From Octopus sinensis (Eukaryota), in assembly GCF_006345805.1 (NCBI RefSeq), contig NC_042997.1, forward strand, positions 54,994,001-55,058,000: 64,000 nt of DNA, in the 5' to 3' direction. Made by a program: the position numbers and the translations under genes. Numbering within the stretch: the stretch's first letter is position 1; each line of letters opens with the position of its first letter. The notes under the pieces are model-generated. The model ran no database searches. It saw only the letters and a list, made by a program, of their open reading frames with translations, and had not been told where the DNA came from. Of the stretch, positions 1 to 12,996 are shown piece after piece.

Positions 1-803
1 TTGCAGTAGTAGCTGCATTAACAGAAACAGTAAACACATATAATAAATGAAACAACGCCCCCCCCCCCTAACAAAAACACGGACAGTACTATGAACACCA
101 TTACTCCCACCATCACCATCACCATCACTGTCACTTTTCATCCTTGTTGTCGTTGTCGTTTCCTCACCATCGTCGTGGTCGCCCGTTATCACTGTCGTCA
201 TCGTCGTCGTCGTCATCGTTGTCGATGTCGTCGTTGTCGTCCGTCATCCCCGTCGACATCGTCATCGTCATAGTCATCATCCCCCTTCTCCACCACCTCC
301 TCCTCCTATTCTTCCTCTTCCTCCTCCGCTTCCTCCTCTTCCTTCACCTATCATCATCATCATCAGCAGCAGCAGCAATATTGGACAACCCCAAATAACT
401 CTGGCAACTCCATCTCGGTTCTATTTGAAATAACAACCAAATTCCAACAAACAACACCTTATTTTTGTTGGAATTTTGTTTGTTTTTAAAGGAAAGGATT
501 GTTGCATATTGTAATCCTAGACATAAAATTGCCAAAGAAAAGTCATGATCAGAGCTGACCTCAGATTAAATATAATCATCATCATCATCGTCAGTAAAAA
601 TAGCTACATCAACATGAATAACTCTAAGACAACTAATTCTAGCATGTTGTATATTGTTAGCCCAACAGTATATATACTTTCTTTGTAATTTTCGTTCCTC
701 CTCTTTTCCTTTCTTCAATCTTGACAAAGAATAGCTGTTCCAAATGCCATTTCTTTTTCCTTTTCTTTCTTTTTCTTCTACTGAATAATTTATATAACTT
801 TGT

Positions 804-1191
804 GTGGAGGCGCAATGGCCCAGTGGTTAGGGCAGCGGACTCGCGGTCATAGGATCGCGGTTTCGATTCCCAGACCGGGCGTTGTGAGTGTTTATTGAGC
901 GAAAACACCTAAAGCCCCACGAGGCTCCGACAGGGGATGGTGGTGATCCCTGCTGTACTCTTTCACCACAACTTTCTCTCACTCTTACTCCCTGTTTCTG
1001 TTGTACCTGTATTTCAAAGGGCCGGCCTTGTCACTCTCTGTGTCACGCTGAATATCCCCGAGAACTACGTTAAGGGTACACGTGTCTGTGGAGTGCTCAG
1101 CCACTTACACGTTAATTTCACGAGCAGGCTGTCCCGTTGATTCGGATCAACCGGAACCCTCGTCGTCGTAACCGACGGAGTGCTTCCATCC
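804..1191 (+). mobile_element. tRNA-derived SINE, family A, full length with 10-bp TSD
   Basis: Pol III box A TGGCCCAGTGG and box B GGTTTCGATTCCC in a tRNA-like head; direct repeat ATAACTTTGT at 794-803 and 1192-1201; 3' half shared with the copy at 27233-27555. Confidence 0.9.
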
Positions 1192-1306
1192 ATAACTTTG
1201 TATTCTCGTTCGTTATGTTTAGCTTTGTTTGTTTTTGCTCGTATTTTTACCGGATATTAATTATCGCGTTCGCACAGACTAAAATTGGATTATAGCCGAG
1301 TTTATT

Positions 1307-3560
1307 GGCTAGCTGGCAGAATCGTTAAAGCATCGGAAAAAATGCTTCCCTGAATTTCTACCGGCTCTTTAAGTCCTGAGTTCAAATCACACCGAGGTCA
1401 ACTTTGCTTTTTATCCTTTTGGGATCACTAAAATAAAATACTAGTCAAGTACGGATGGGTTGGATGGCATCGGCTATCTCCATCTCCTCAAACCTGCTGG
1501 CATTGTGCCGTAATCTGAAAACCATTATTTTATAGTATTTTCAACAATATGAAGCTATACTGTGCTATAAATTATACCTTAATATTTACTGTGTGTATAG
1601 ACAAATGTAAATACCATGTTTTTATATACAATATCTTAGTGGACAAAAAAAAAAGGAGTAAAGATTAGTTTCAAACAATATGTTTTACTATTGCCATATA
1701 CCTAAGGCAGCAGCAAGGTAGAATCGTTAGCACGTCGAACAAAATACTTAGCGATATTTCGCCCGTCTTTACGTTATGAGTTCAAATTCCGCCGAGATTG
1801 ACTTTGTCTTCGGGGTCAATAAAGTAAAGTACCAGTCAAGTAATGGACTTCCCCCTCCCCTAAAAAAACGTTTCCACCTGTGCAAAAATTTGAAACCATT
1901 ATTGCAGTGGTGCTTATCCGGGGTCTATATGGTCCTTGGAGGTTCATATAGGATTTTGTGGGGATTCACGCTAGCAAAATAGCAAATTGGAAATCCACAG
2001 GATTATTTTAAGTATCCATGTAAAGTTTTGATTTAGATGTTTTTATTGCAAGAAACAGCCAGGTTTCTTTCTGTAATGTTTTACATAGTTCAACCTACAC
2101 AAATAAACAAATAACAAAATAGGAATTTTGGAAGAAGTATTTATAAAGCTAGTTTTTAAACATCGAATGGCTGTGGGGTTCACTAGAATAAAATAGTAAT
2201 CAAAGGAATCCATAGACATAAAATGGTCGAAAACCACTGCATCATTGCTATATTGCCTTTCTCCATAGCAACTGATGAAATTCTAAGATAGGATTGGAAC
2301 AAATACGGCTGACTCTTCTTTTACTGTTCATTAACACACCGTATCTAAAGACACGGTGTTTTTCGTCTGTCTATACACAGAATGTGGTAAGGCTGTGAGC
2401 TGGCAGAATCGTTAGCACGCCGGGCGAAATGCGTAGCCGTATTTCGTCTGCCGTTACGTTCTGGGTTCAAATTCCGCCGAGGTCGACTTTGCCTTTCATC
2501 CTTTCGGGGTCGATAAATTAAGTACCAGTTACGCACTGGGGTCGATGTAATCGACGTAATCCGTTTGTCTGTCCGTGTTTGTCCTCTCTATGTTTAGCCC
2601 CTTGTGGGTAGTAAAGAAATATACTGCTCCGGTAAAAACTGCTTTGCGGTATTTCTTCTGACATTACGTTCAAATACCACTGGGGTGGACATTGCCTTTT
2701 GGGTTTGCTAAAATAAGTATCAGTTGAATATTGGGGTCGATTTACCCCCTTGCCCGAACTTGCTGGCCTTGTGCCAAAATTCGAAACCTATCTATAGAGT
2801 GTTGGCTAACCACTTCACAAAACTGTGGGTAAATTCTCATTGAAGCAAAAGACTGTTTAACATATCAGCAACGATAACAAAAGTTAAAAAGCAATGGCAC
2901 AACAACAATAATGGTCAAATATTTTGGTACAAGGCCTGCGATTTTAGGGGATAGGATAAGTCGATTACATCAACCCCAGTGCTTAATTGGTACTTATTTT
3001 AACGACCCCAGAACAATGAGAGGTACATAAAGAACTAGAAGAAATAATGATCATAATAGTCTCAAACTTTAGCACAAGGTCAGCAATTTTAGTGGGAGGG
3101 TGCAGTAGATTATACCGACCCAGTACTTTATTTTTATCGACCTCGAAAGGATGAAAAGCAAAGTTGATCGCAGTGGGATTTGAACTCAGAAAGTGATGAG
3201 TCGGAAGAACGTCGCTAACCATTTTGTCCGACACACTAACGATTCTGCTAACTCTCGCTTTGATAATTATAATAATTCAGAAATGAAAATAAAATTATTT
3301 TATTTGCAACCGGGGTATTTCGTAAGGGATACATAACAACAATAACATGCAATATTATTTTCCGACAAAATTGTTTGACAAGATGCTTAGCGGTATTTCT
3401 CTTGACTCATTAGTTCTGAGTTCAAATACCGCAGAGGTTGACTTCGACTTTCATCCTTCGAGGTTGATAAAATAACTACCAGTTAAGTTGAAGTAATCTA
3501 CTAGTCCCCGTCCCTTAAAATTTCAGGCTTTGTGCCTATTGTAGAAAGGACTGTTATTAT
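1307..3560. mobile_element. Cluster of at least six tRNA-derived SINE family B copies (about 1307-1530 +, 1705-1904 +, 2390-2622 +, 2625-2790 +, 2900-3262 -, 3375-3560 +)
   Basis: Repeated head GAGCTGGCAGAATCGTTAGC...GAGTTCAAATTCC and core GAGGTCGACTTTGCCTTTCATCCTTTCGGGGTCGATAAATTAAGTACCAG; core resembles the Meta-type central SINE domain (inference). Confidence 0.9.
1905..2239. mobile_element. hAT (Charlie-like) MITE
   Basis: Termini CAGTGGTGCTTATCC / GGTCGAAAACCACTG; 8-bp TSD CATTATTG (1897-1904) vs CATCATTG (2240-2247). Confidence 0.85.
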
Positions 3561-3602
3561 AATTATTAAGGCGGCGAGATCTTCAGAATCATTAGAATTA
3601 AC

Positions 3603-3805
3603 TAATGGTTCTCAACCGGGGTCCATGTAAGATTTTGTTGTAAAATTTCTGCGCAATAAATTGGTTATAATTCTAGAATATGCAAAATATTCTAACAATT
3701 TTTTTAAATACAATTCCTAGTAATATTTAATTATAAAAGTATAATAGGATTTTTTAAATGTTGAATGGCTACCAGTGACTACCCGAGTAAAATAGGAATC
3801 AAATT
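3603..3805. mobile_element. Truncated second copy of the hAT MITE
   Basis: Starts TAATGGTTCTCAACCGGGGTCC; internal sequence similar to 1905-2239; right end replaced by a SINE C insertion. Confidence 0.7.
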
Positions 3806-3810
3806 AATTC

Positions 3811-4250
3811 ATTTTCTTTTATTCTTTTTCTTGTTTCAGTGGCCATGCTGGAGCACCACATTTAGTCGAACAAATCGTCTCCAGGACTTTTTCTTTGTAA
3901 GCCTAATATTTCTATCGTTCTCATTTTGCCGAACCGCTGAATGACGGAGACGTAAACACACCAACATCAATTGTCAAGTGATGGTGGAGGGACAAACACA
4001 GACACAAATAACAAACACATACATACATACATACATACATACATACATACATACGTATATATATATATATATATAGATATATATATACACGACGGGCTTC
4101 TTTCAGTTTCCGTCTATCAAATCCACTCACAAGACTTTGGTGGGCCCGAGGCTATAGTAGAAGACACCTTCCCAAGGTTCCTTGCAGTGGGACTGAACCC
4201 GGAACCATGTGGTTGGGAAGTAAGTTTCTTACGACACAGCCACTTCTGTG
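3811..4250 (-). mobile_element. tRNA-derived SINE family C (CORE-like), full length
   Basis: Reverse complement matches 43025-43464: tRNA head, CTTGGGCAAGTGTCTTCTACT-type core, internal (TA)/(TG) microsatellite, CCAGCATGGCC...GAAAC tail. Confidence 0.85.
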
Positions 4251-4682
4251 AAAAACGGTCGTGAATCATTGGCATAAACAACTAGTACCAGTACAGTATT
4301 ATTTATACACATTAGCAAACAGCAACAACTTCAGTAAGAAAAACAATAGCCATATCAGCAGCAGCAACAACAACAACAATAACAATAATAAAACCATAAG
4401 AAAACAGTTGAAACCAGAACTTTATGTAACCAACAACGTCAACTGTATCTGAACATCCTCTGCTGTCTCCTCTCATTGTCCACAACACCAGCAACAATAA
4501 TGATAACCAGCATCCTCCGCTTTCTCTTCTTCTTTTTCCTTATTCTTCTCTTCCTCATTATCTTATCACAAACAACAACAATAACAACATCGATGACGAC
4601 ACACGCGCATAAAAAAGGTATGATAAGAAACAAGATATTTTTCCATTTTTTCTGTCACTTTTATTATTATTAATATCATTAA

Positions 4683-4734
<52 letters not shown>

Positions 4735-4794
4735 TTCCATTTTTTTCCTGCTACTATTATTTTTCCATTTTTTCCTGTTACTATAATAATGATG

Positions 4795-4837
<43 letters not shown>

Positions 4838-4875
4838 TAATAATAATAATAATAAATAATAATAATAATAATAAT

Positions 4876-4910
<35 letters not shown>

Positions 4911-5015
4911 TGATGATGATGATGATAATAATAATAATAATAATTAATAATAATATAATAATAATAATAATTAATAATAATAATAATATAATAATAATGA
5001 CCGAAACTTATCAAA

Positions 5016-5059
<44 letters not shown>

Positions 5060-5268
5060 ATATAGGTTGAAGACGGGAAGGATGGTTTCCCTTTGCAAAT
5101 ACTGATAGCGCACAGAAACTGTGTCAATAGCCAGCTGGAGGAGGTGTCCTCCTGGGGCTGCAAGATACAGTTGCATCCACCCTTAGGGGTTAGCCACATT
5201 TACGTGGCAAATTTACTTTACGATTTGTTGCAGCTACTGTTGATATCTCGCTCAGAGATTTATTATTG

Positions 5269-5351
<83 letters not shown>

Positions 5352-5369
5352 GAAAGTTTACGAAAATAA

Positions 5370-5531
5370 ACAAAAGACGAAGGCAGGTGGTGTACAAACA
5401 AAGAGATGTATTAGTATAGCACTCAGGAATAGAAAAAGTCTTTTACGTTTCGAGCCTACGCTTTTCTACAGAAAGGTACACAGAAAAAGCAAGGAGAGAA
5501 AAAAATGTGTGTAGTAGCTAACGATCTATCA

Positions 5532-5535
<4 letters not shown>
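5370..5535 (-). mobile_element. Short interspersed repeat with hammerhead-like motif (probable Penelope-type terminal repeat fragment), flanked by (TA)n
   Basis: Closely similar to 14465-14620; minus strand contains CTTT-CTGTAGA-A-AAGC-GTAG-GCTC-GAAA-CG-TA-AAAG. Confidence 0.65.
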
Positions 5536-5580
<45 letters not shown>

Positions 5581-5795
5581 TGTATAAATACTCATCCTCG
5601 TACCTTTTCTTGCAGTTATTCATGAAGTATCATGAAAGATGGGAATACCCGGCGTTTTTGATAGCATGCACATTTATCGAACCGAGTTCAGGAAACTTCA
5701 AAAGAATTCGTATCAAAACTTAATTTTGTCACGTGATCCTGGAGAAAGAGTAGTTCAGGAGAAGATATGTAATATCAATAAATCATGGTTACATA

Positions 5796-6011
5796 CCAGG
5801 GGTGCTGAAAAGTTCCTGGCTTTGAGAGTATTCCGAAAGGCCTGGTTGGAAGCCCAACCTTCCGAGTTCTTTTGCAGGGCTTAGAAAAACTGAAGGACCG
5901 CCGCAATAAGTGTGTGAATCTGAGAGGGGAATATTTTGAAGAAAATCATAGCTAACTGATCTTTTTGTATTTTCTTTTACTCAAAGCCAAGAATTTTTCA
6001 GCAGTCCCTCG
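5796..6011 (+). mobile_element. mariner-derived MITE
   Basis: TIRs CCAGGGGTGCTGAAAAGTTCCTGGCTTT / AAAGCCAAGAATTTTTCAGCAGTCCCTCG, TA on both sides; internal remnant of the transposase C-terminus (GLEKL...NKCVNLRGEY). Confidence 0.85.
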
Positions 6012-6054
6012 TATATAGCAGTAATTAGCCATATTTACAGTATTAGAAGTCAGT

Positions 6055-6685
6055 AAGAAGGTGATGAGCAGAAGAATCCTTAGTACATCAGGCAAAATGC
6101 TTCGCAGTATTTCGTCCGTCTGTCGCTACGTTCAGAGTTCAAATTCGACCGAGGTCGACTTTGCCTTTCATCCTTTCGGGGTCAATTAAATAAGTACCAG
6201 TTACGCACTGGGGTCGATATAATCGACTTAATCCGTTTGTCTGTCCTTGTTTGTTCTCTCTGTTTTTAGCCCCTTGTGGGTAGTAAAGGTATTTCGTCCG
6301 CCTTCACGTTCTGAGTTCAAATTCGACCGAGCTTGACTTTGCTTTTTATCACTTCGAGGTCGATAGAGTAAGTGCAAGTTGGATACTGAGGTCGATGTAA
6401 CCGACTTACCCCGCCCCTAAAACTGCCGGTTTGGAGCCAAACTTTGACAATTATATCATAGATCATATATAGATATTAATTTCAAATGTTGGTACAAGGC
6501 CAACAATTTCGGAGGAGGGGATAAGCTAATTACGTCAATCCCAGAGTCCTACTGATACTTATGTTATCAACCTCGAAAGGATGTAAGGTAAAGTCGACCT
6601 CAGCGGAATTCGAACTCAGAACGTGAAGACAGATGAAATGCCGCTAAGCTCGGCATGGTAACGATTCTGCTCAATCATCGCCTTC
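6055..6685. mobile_element. SINE family B dimer (6055-6450 +) plus inverted copy (6480-6685 -)
   Basis: Same head and core motifs as 2390-2622. Confidence 0.85.
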
Positions 6686-6851
6686 ACACACACACGCACA
6701 AACAAACACACGCACAGACACACACATGCACAAACACACACACACACGCACACACACACACACGCACACACACACGCACACATTCACACAAACATTAAAG
6801 TCATAAATAATTGTAGTTAAATCGCAGCAATAATATTGAGGTAGAGGTACT

Positions 6852-6852
<1 letters not shown>

Positions 6853-6950
<98 letters not shown>

Positions 6951-7105
6951 GTTTCTTAAACATTCTCTAGAACAACACTATGTTCAAAACCAATTATATG
7001 GCACCCTAGGCATAACACCAACATGAACTTCGAACTTGTCTGTTGAGGTCTCTGGGTGAGACTTGGAGTTAACTTGTACGAATGTAAAGCAAAAGTCAAA
7101 CATAA

Positions 7106-7170
<65 letters not shown>

Positions 7171-7190
7171 CAATAATAATAATAATAACA
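6853..7190 (+). mobile_element. 3' end fragment (about 6948-7105) of a probable R4/Dong-type LINE embedded in (AAT)n arrays
   Basis: About 160 bp unique segment with long (AAT)n on both sides; family assignment is inference from the AAT target and tail. Confidence 0.5.
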
Positions 7191-7349
7191 TTTGGTAAAT
7201 ATACTGAAGTTTGAGGTAGATAACAAGAGTATAAGGCGTTAATAAACCTTCGGTAGGTGTATTGGAATAATGAATTTTAGATAGGCATAAAACAATAATA
7301 AACTCTAGGTTGATATAAAACAATAACTACCATTATACAGAGATACCAA

Positions 7350-7900
7350 GTCGGACAAAATGTTCAGATATTTCTTCCGGATTTTACATTCTATGTTCAA
7401 ATACCGCCAAGGTTGTCTTTTGCTTTTCATCCTTTTGGGGTCGATAAAATAAATGCCAGCTGAGCAGTTGATCAATGTAACAGACTAACACCTTCCTCCA
7501 AATTTGTTGGCCTTGTGCAAAAATTAGAAAAAGTTATACTGCAAAAATATTCCTGCACAGGCATGAGTTCAAGTGCCATTGCGTGGCATCTTGGGCAAGT
7601 GTCTTCTACTCCGGATCGACTAATGCCTTGTAAGTGAATTTGGTAGACGGTAACTGTTTGGAAGCCCATCATCATATATATATATTTGCGTATGTTTTTA
7701 TTTCTGTGTATACCCTGTTACAGCTTGACAACCGGTGTTGGAGTGTTTAAGTCCCAACAACTTAGCGGCCAAAGAGACTGATAGATTAAGTACTAGACTT
7801 AAAAATAAGTATAGGGGTGGATTTGTTCGACTGAAGCCCTTCAAGGTGCTGCCCCAGAATGGACACAATCCAATAACTGAAAAAGATAGATGCTCATACA
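7350..7900 (+). mobile_element. Degenerate SINE B (7350-7530) followed by 5'-eroded SINE C (7555-7890)
   Basis: Core motifs TTTTCATCCTTTTGGGGTCGATAAAATAAAT and GCGTGGCATCTTGGGCAAGTGTCTTCTACT. Confidence 0.75.
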
Positions 7901-9127
7901 ATAATAACCAAAATATACCAAAATGATATGATATGATATAGATAGATGTATAACAATGTTATATCATAAAGACACTGCATTAATAAATCATAGGTAGATA
8001 TTTACCAGTAATAAACTACAAGTAGTTATGCTACTATAATATATCATTACGTCTACGGCAATAATAAGGTTATTGGTAGTTGCACAGACAGAAATAAATA
8101 TAGGTAGGCATGGAGTCAATGATCAGCTATAGGTAGGTATACTTACAATGAGAAAAGGAGCTTCTATGCGATCGCTGGACAAGCTAGAAATATCTATCAA
8201 ATATTTCTTCAAATTACACCCTATTGTCTTCAAAATGGATGAACAACGCCACAAAAGTCTAGATGATCACAGCTGGAATGAGAGATAGGGCTGACAGGAG
8301 TCTAAACAAGAACAAAAACAAGAACAACAACAACAACAACAATCATACACAGATATACAACAATAATAACCCACATCGGTAATAAATATTTTATTCATAT
8401 AACATTCTTCGGCACACAGATTTTTTTTATAAATAAGCATGCTGTGTTGCTGTATTAGTTATGTCTTAACGGTTGCTAAACAAATACCAATATGCAAATT
8501 AGTTCACCCACGTGTGAGTTAAGATGCATTTTCTATGTCGCTGTGAGCACAGCAGGACTATATATGATTTTAATGTATAAATATACTGCAGTATACTGAA
8601 TATTTTAAAATAACATGTTGTATTGATGTATTGGTTAAATGTATGTATACACACAAACACACACACACACATGAATTCACACTTCATAAATAAAATGCAC
8701 ACATGCACATACATACATACATACATACATACATACATACATAAACATGTATATGCACACACACCTACGCACATACATAATTTATATTACCAGTACACCA
8801 CCAACACAGCATGCTAAGTTTTAAAAAGTTCCCACACGCGTACGTGCTTATGTGTGTGTGTGTATGCGTGTGAATGTGTATGTGTGTGTGTATGTGAAAG
8901 AAATTGTGGCAGGAAAAGTGATAAAGGGAAAAAAAGAAAGGAGAGATTATGGAAATAAATTGGAAGAGAATGATTTGAGAGTTGGTGGGGACAAATTCGA
9001 AGAAATGAACGGAGAAATCTGGTGTTGAATGATATTTTGGAGAAACCAGAGGGAGAGAGAGAGGAAGAGAGAGTGAGAGAGAGTGAAAGAGAGTGAAAGA
9101 GTGAGAGAGTTAGAGATAGATGGATAG

Positions 9128-9180
<53 letters not shown>

Positions 9181-9649
9181 AAACTAAGTAGGGATCTTTT
9201 TGGCAAAAAGAGCAAAATAAGTAGGGATTCTTTTGGCTTCATATATCAGATCTGATTATTTTGAAAATTTTTACTGAATTAGTTTTTCATGTTAATTACG
9301 AAATTCATAATATTCTTTTTTGAGAAACTAAAAGTAAAAGAAGTTACAAAACTTTAAAAGTCGAAATTGTTTTGAATTTCAGCCAACCACATATGGCCAT
9401 TTCCGACACACCGGAAGTTGGAATTGTCATACATTCTCAAAGCAAAATATTGAACTAGCGTGAGCGAATATATTGAAAGGAAACAGATTAAGCCAGTGTG
9501 GAGAAGAAAAAAAGTGAAAACTATTATGAGCGGTCGAGTGCAGTTTTTGGGAAGTCTAAGGGTATACATTGAAGAAGAAAGAACGCTGCATTTAGCTATC
9601 TCCAATAGTAGGATATAATACCGAGGAATAGAGTTTGTATAATACAGAG

Positions 9650-10090
9650 GAATATATGTTCCCGTTGTTGGTGGTGATGCCCAACATTAACTGCAAGAAA
9701 TTAGGTTGCAAAGTATTTGTATCTGTACGAAAAGGTTTTGAGTGTAGCACTAACAATCATAGTTGCATTATTAATTGTTGGTTGAAAGAATTATCGACTG
9801 TTCGTTTCTGTAGAGAAGAGGTGGAAATGAATCACGGCATCATGGTTGATTACAACAAGTACACGAGAGAACTGTGTGCAAAGGATCTTCTTCGTAATTC
9901 AATGTAAATAGATGGCCCCTTAATGCTAATTCGCGTTATACTCGGGTCTTTTGTGTCACCAATAATTTATTTAGACGTCAGTGTGGGGTTTCTGACAGAA
10001 AAAAAAGCGCAGATTGTACTTTGTTAAAAGTTTAGTCTGAAGTTACGTACTGCGCTTATAGTCTTTGCAGGTCCTCTGCGCTGTTTCAAA
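9650..10090 (+). pseudogene. Merlin (ISXO2-like) DNA transposase remnant
   Basis: ORF 9635-9907 read past its stop gives CKVFVSVRKG...CW...FCREE...VDYNKYTRELCAKDLLRNSM*IDGP, matching Merlin SxRKGxxFE and VDWxxFxREVC...IGGP motifs; stops and deletions present. Confidence 0.65.
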
Positions 10091-11859
10091 CAGCTGCGTG
10101 ATTCAAGAAAAAAAAAAAACAAAAAAAAAACACGGAGAAGGGAAAATTCCAGAGGGCTAATATGAAGGAGGGCTGAAGAAGTCTGAACAAAATTGTTATT
10201 GTAGAGATCGAATGGATAGGTAGTAAACACACGACCAGTCCAATTATGGTCTGCACTACCAGTATAGTTGACAACAGAATATCTCAAAATACCTTTAAGG
10301 TTCAGTTATTGTTCAGTGACCTTTCCATACTAACTTATTTTGGCTGGACACCTACTACTGCTGCTATTGTCACGTTACTTTTTGTTACTGATACTGCATT
10401 TGATAATATACTTTAAATCGCCATTTAATTTGTGTACCCTATGTAATTTAACCAACTGGGATGGAATGAGCTTTGTACTCAATTAGATTAGTGAAGACAA
10501 CGTCATAACCATAGGGAAAGATAGACATATTTATATTGATCTTGCAAGAAGTTGTTGCAAAGAATAGACCATCAAAATATGAAGCTGTAACGAAACGAAA
10601 TTGAAGAAAAATTCATAACTATTAAACTACATTTACGAAGTGGATATATCACATAATAGAACTTGTTCAAATTATGAAGTGGTCACAAACTCTCCGACTG
10701 AATATTAAATTTGTGACAGATAATAAGCGGAGCAGATTATAAAGGAGCTTAATGGATATAAGCTATCTTGATGTAATAAAGCAAATAGTTTAGTGCATTA
10801 CAAGTTATGAGGTCCGCAGAGTACTTTCGGTCATAGTTATAGTTAAACGAGGACATATTCACCGTATTAATTAGTTCAACATATACTTATATATTTAAAC
10901 TTAACTTTTATGTAAAATATATTCGCTGTAATAATTCAAATAGAAGAGAGAAAGCAATAGAAAGAATGAGGGAAACAAAGAGAGAAAAAAGTGAGAAAAA
11001 AGAGATAGAAAAATATGTATGGATGTATCTATCTATGATACACGAACAAAATCAAAGTACTCAATAATATATTAGGGTGGAATATTTTATAACATTGTCG
11101 TTTAGTTATAATACATCGTAGCTCAAGTTTCAAATCAAAGTTACTTGGATGATCAAACGATGAAAACATAGCCGCATTCTCTAATATCATTGACTTATTT
11201 GAATCGTTATTTTCCTGGGACGGAAGTTTTGGTACTGAATTACGAATTTGAATAGTTTGAATACACGATAAGTGGCTTAACTCATAACATATTAATATTG
11301 ATTGCTAAGATTGAGTTATTCATGTGTTGGTTCAAAACAATGAAGGTGAAGGACTTGTGAGATATGACGAGATTAGAAGAAAATATAAATAAACAGCTAC
11401 ACAGTAACGAGTAAGGAAAGTTAAAAAGTTGAAATTATGAGTGTCAATATCTATGTTACTATGTAGCACAGTGAATTTCTGGCCTAGGTTTACAGTATAA
11501 AAGCAGAAGCCACGGAGGTACAGAGTATTCCACGTTGGGACAAAACCGAGGAGAGAAATGGGGAGAGTATCATTGCTTCTGATAAATTGTTAACTTTTGA
11601 TTCTTTCAGTAGAATATATAATCTTTCAAAAGTGGCTACATTTGATGAAGATTACTGGCTTGACATTTAGATAATATGTGGATTTATAAATGTTTTTATG
11701 TATTTGGTTCTTTTTAGCTCCGAATAATAATTTCGAATGACCAGCATCTTTAGAGGTTCTTCCAGTTGATGTTAAATGTAGTAGCAATTTTGTTGTATTA
11801 ATGTTTTCTACATTTCTGAAGGACTAAATATGGCTAAAATATTGATATTTGAATTTATT

Positions 11860-12245
11860 TTCCACCATAAATATGTAGTTTTTATGTTGAATTTTTAGGA
11901 TTAATTTGGTGGTGGTAACTTCTGCCTCGTTGATTATCACTTCATCGTTGCAAAGGCTTGTTACCAAGATTTTTATATTGGTGATACAACTGTGTTCGGC
12001 AATGGAAAACTGTTCCTGCCATCTCTGACGTGAACAATCATTGGATAATCGTCCAATTACCTAATATTCTGTGCGAAAAACGATTGGTGAGATCGATTGG
12101 AATTTTGCAAACCAATTTGGTTCTGTCTGCTGTGTAATAACATTAGAACGAAATACTCCATTAATATTCCGAGCTGTCTGTGATGCTGTATTTCCAAGAA
12201 AGAACTCTATTTCAAAACTGTACGAATTTCCGACTTATCTATCTC
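11860..12245 (-). pseudogene. mariner transposase remnant
   Basis: Frameshifted minus-strand translation DKSEIRTVLK/EFFLGNTASQTARNINGVFRSNVITQQTEPNWFAKFQS/DLTN (mariner N-terminal HTH), followed by weaker FSHRI and HQ.KILVT segments. Confidence 0.75.
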
Positions 12246-12996
12246 TAAACAAAAATAGCAAAAAAAAAAAAAAAAAACGATTTATAAATACTTTATAAAG
12301 TGCAAAATGAGTTAGAATAGAGAAATAAATGTGTCAGCTTTCTAACAAAAAAAAAAAAAAAAGATGAAGATTGTCAAAATATAATAATGGCGCAAAATGA
12401 GCAGTTGTCAAAGTTTACCATATACCTTACTACAAATTTCATACTTGACGACCTAATAGTTACTAGATTGTTGTTAGTATCTAGAGAGTTGGTAGCACTG
12501 ATCGTAAGCGACATTCATTTTGAATAAGTTCTTCGCCCCACCTCCGGAAGCAGATATTGATGCTGATGATCTCTACAAGATAAGTTACATTCGCGTTGTA
12601 GTTGGTGAAGCAAAGAAAGGCAAGATGATTGCGTGAGGCATCATCAAAGGTTTGTCTGGTACTCTGAAAAATATATATATATAAATTTAACACTGTGTTC
12701 ACGAGTCGAGATTAGTTCATTATTACTGCATGCAGTAATGTTGATAGACTTACCTTTGTTTTTTGCAGAAGTGATTCGAGAATAATGTAATATTTTCAGT
12801 TTGACGTTGCTTGAAAGAATTCAGCTATAGTGTTCTAATAAACGCCACAGTCACTCATATCTAAGGGACACGACTCAGCGTAACGTTATCTCCTCTTTAC
12901 TATGATCTGTTTGTATTGTGTTAGAGGATATTGTAGTTATGCAGTGAAATAATTTTTCTCATAGAATATATAGAATAACTGGCTTTGATATTGTCC

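Noticed and set aside
806-880. tRNA gene-like sequence (also heads at 27903-27975, 43025, 51366)
   Set aside because: No complete cloverleaf or terminator; each continues into a SINE or PLE body.
5066-5268. 200-bp unique insert between (TA)n arrays
   Set aside because: No TG...CA ends, TIRs or coding motif, so nothing can be supported.
6853-7190. CRISPR-like alternation of repeats and unique spacers
   Set aside because: Repeats are trinucleotide microsatellites in eukaryotic DNA; no cas genes and no constant-length spacers.
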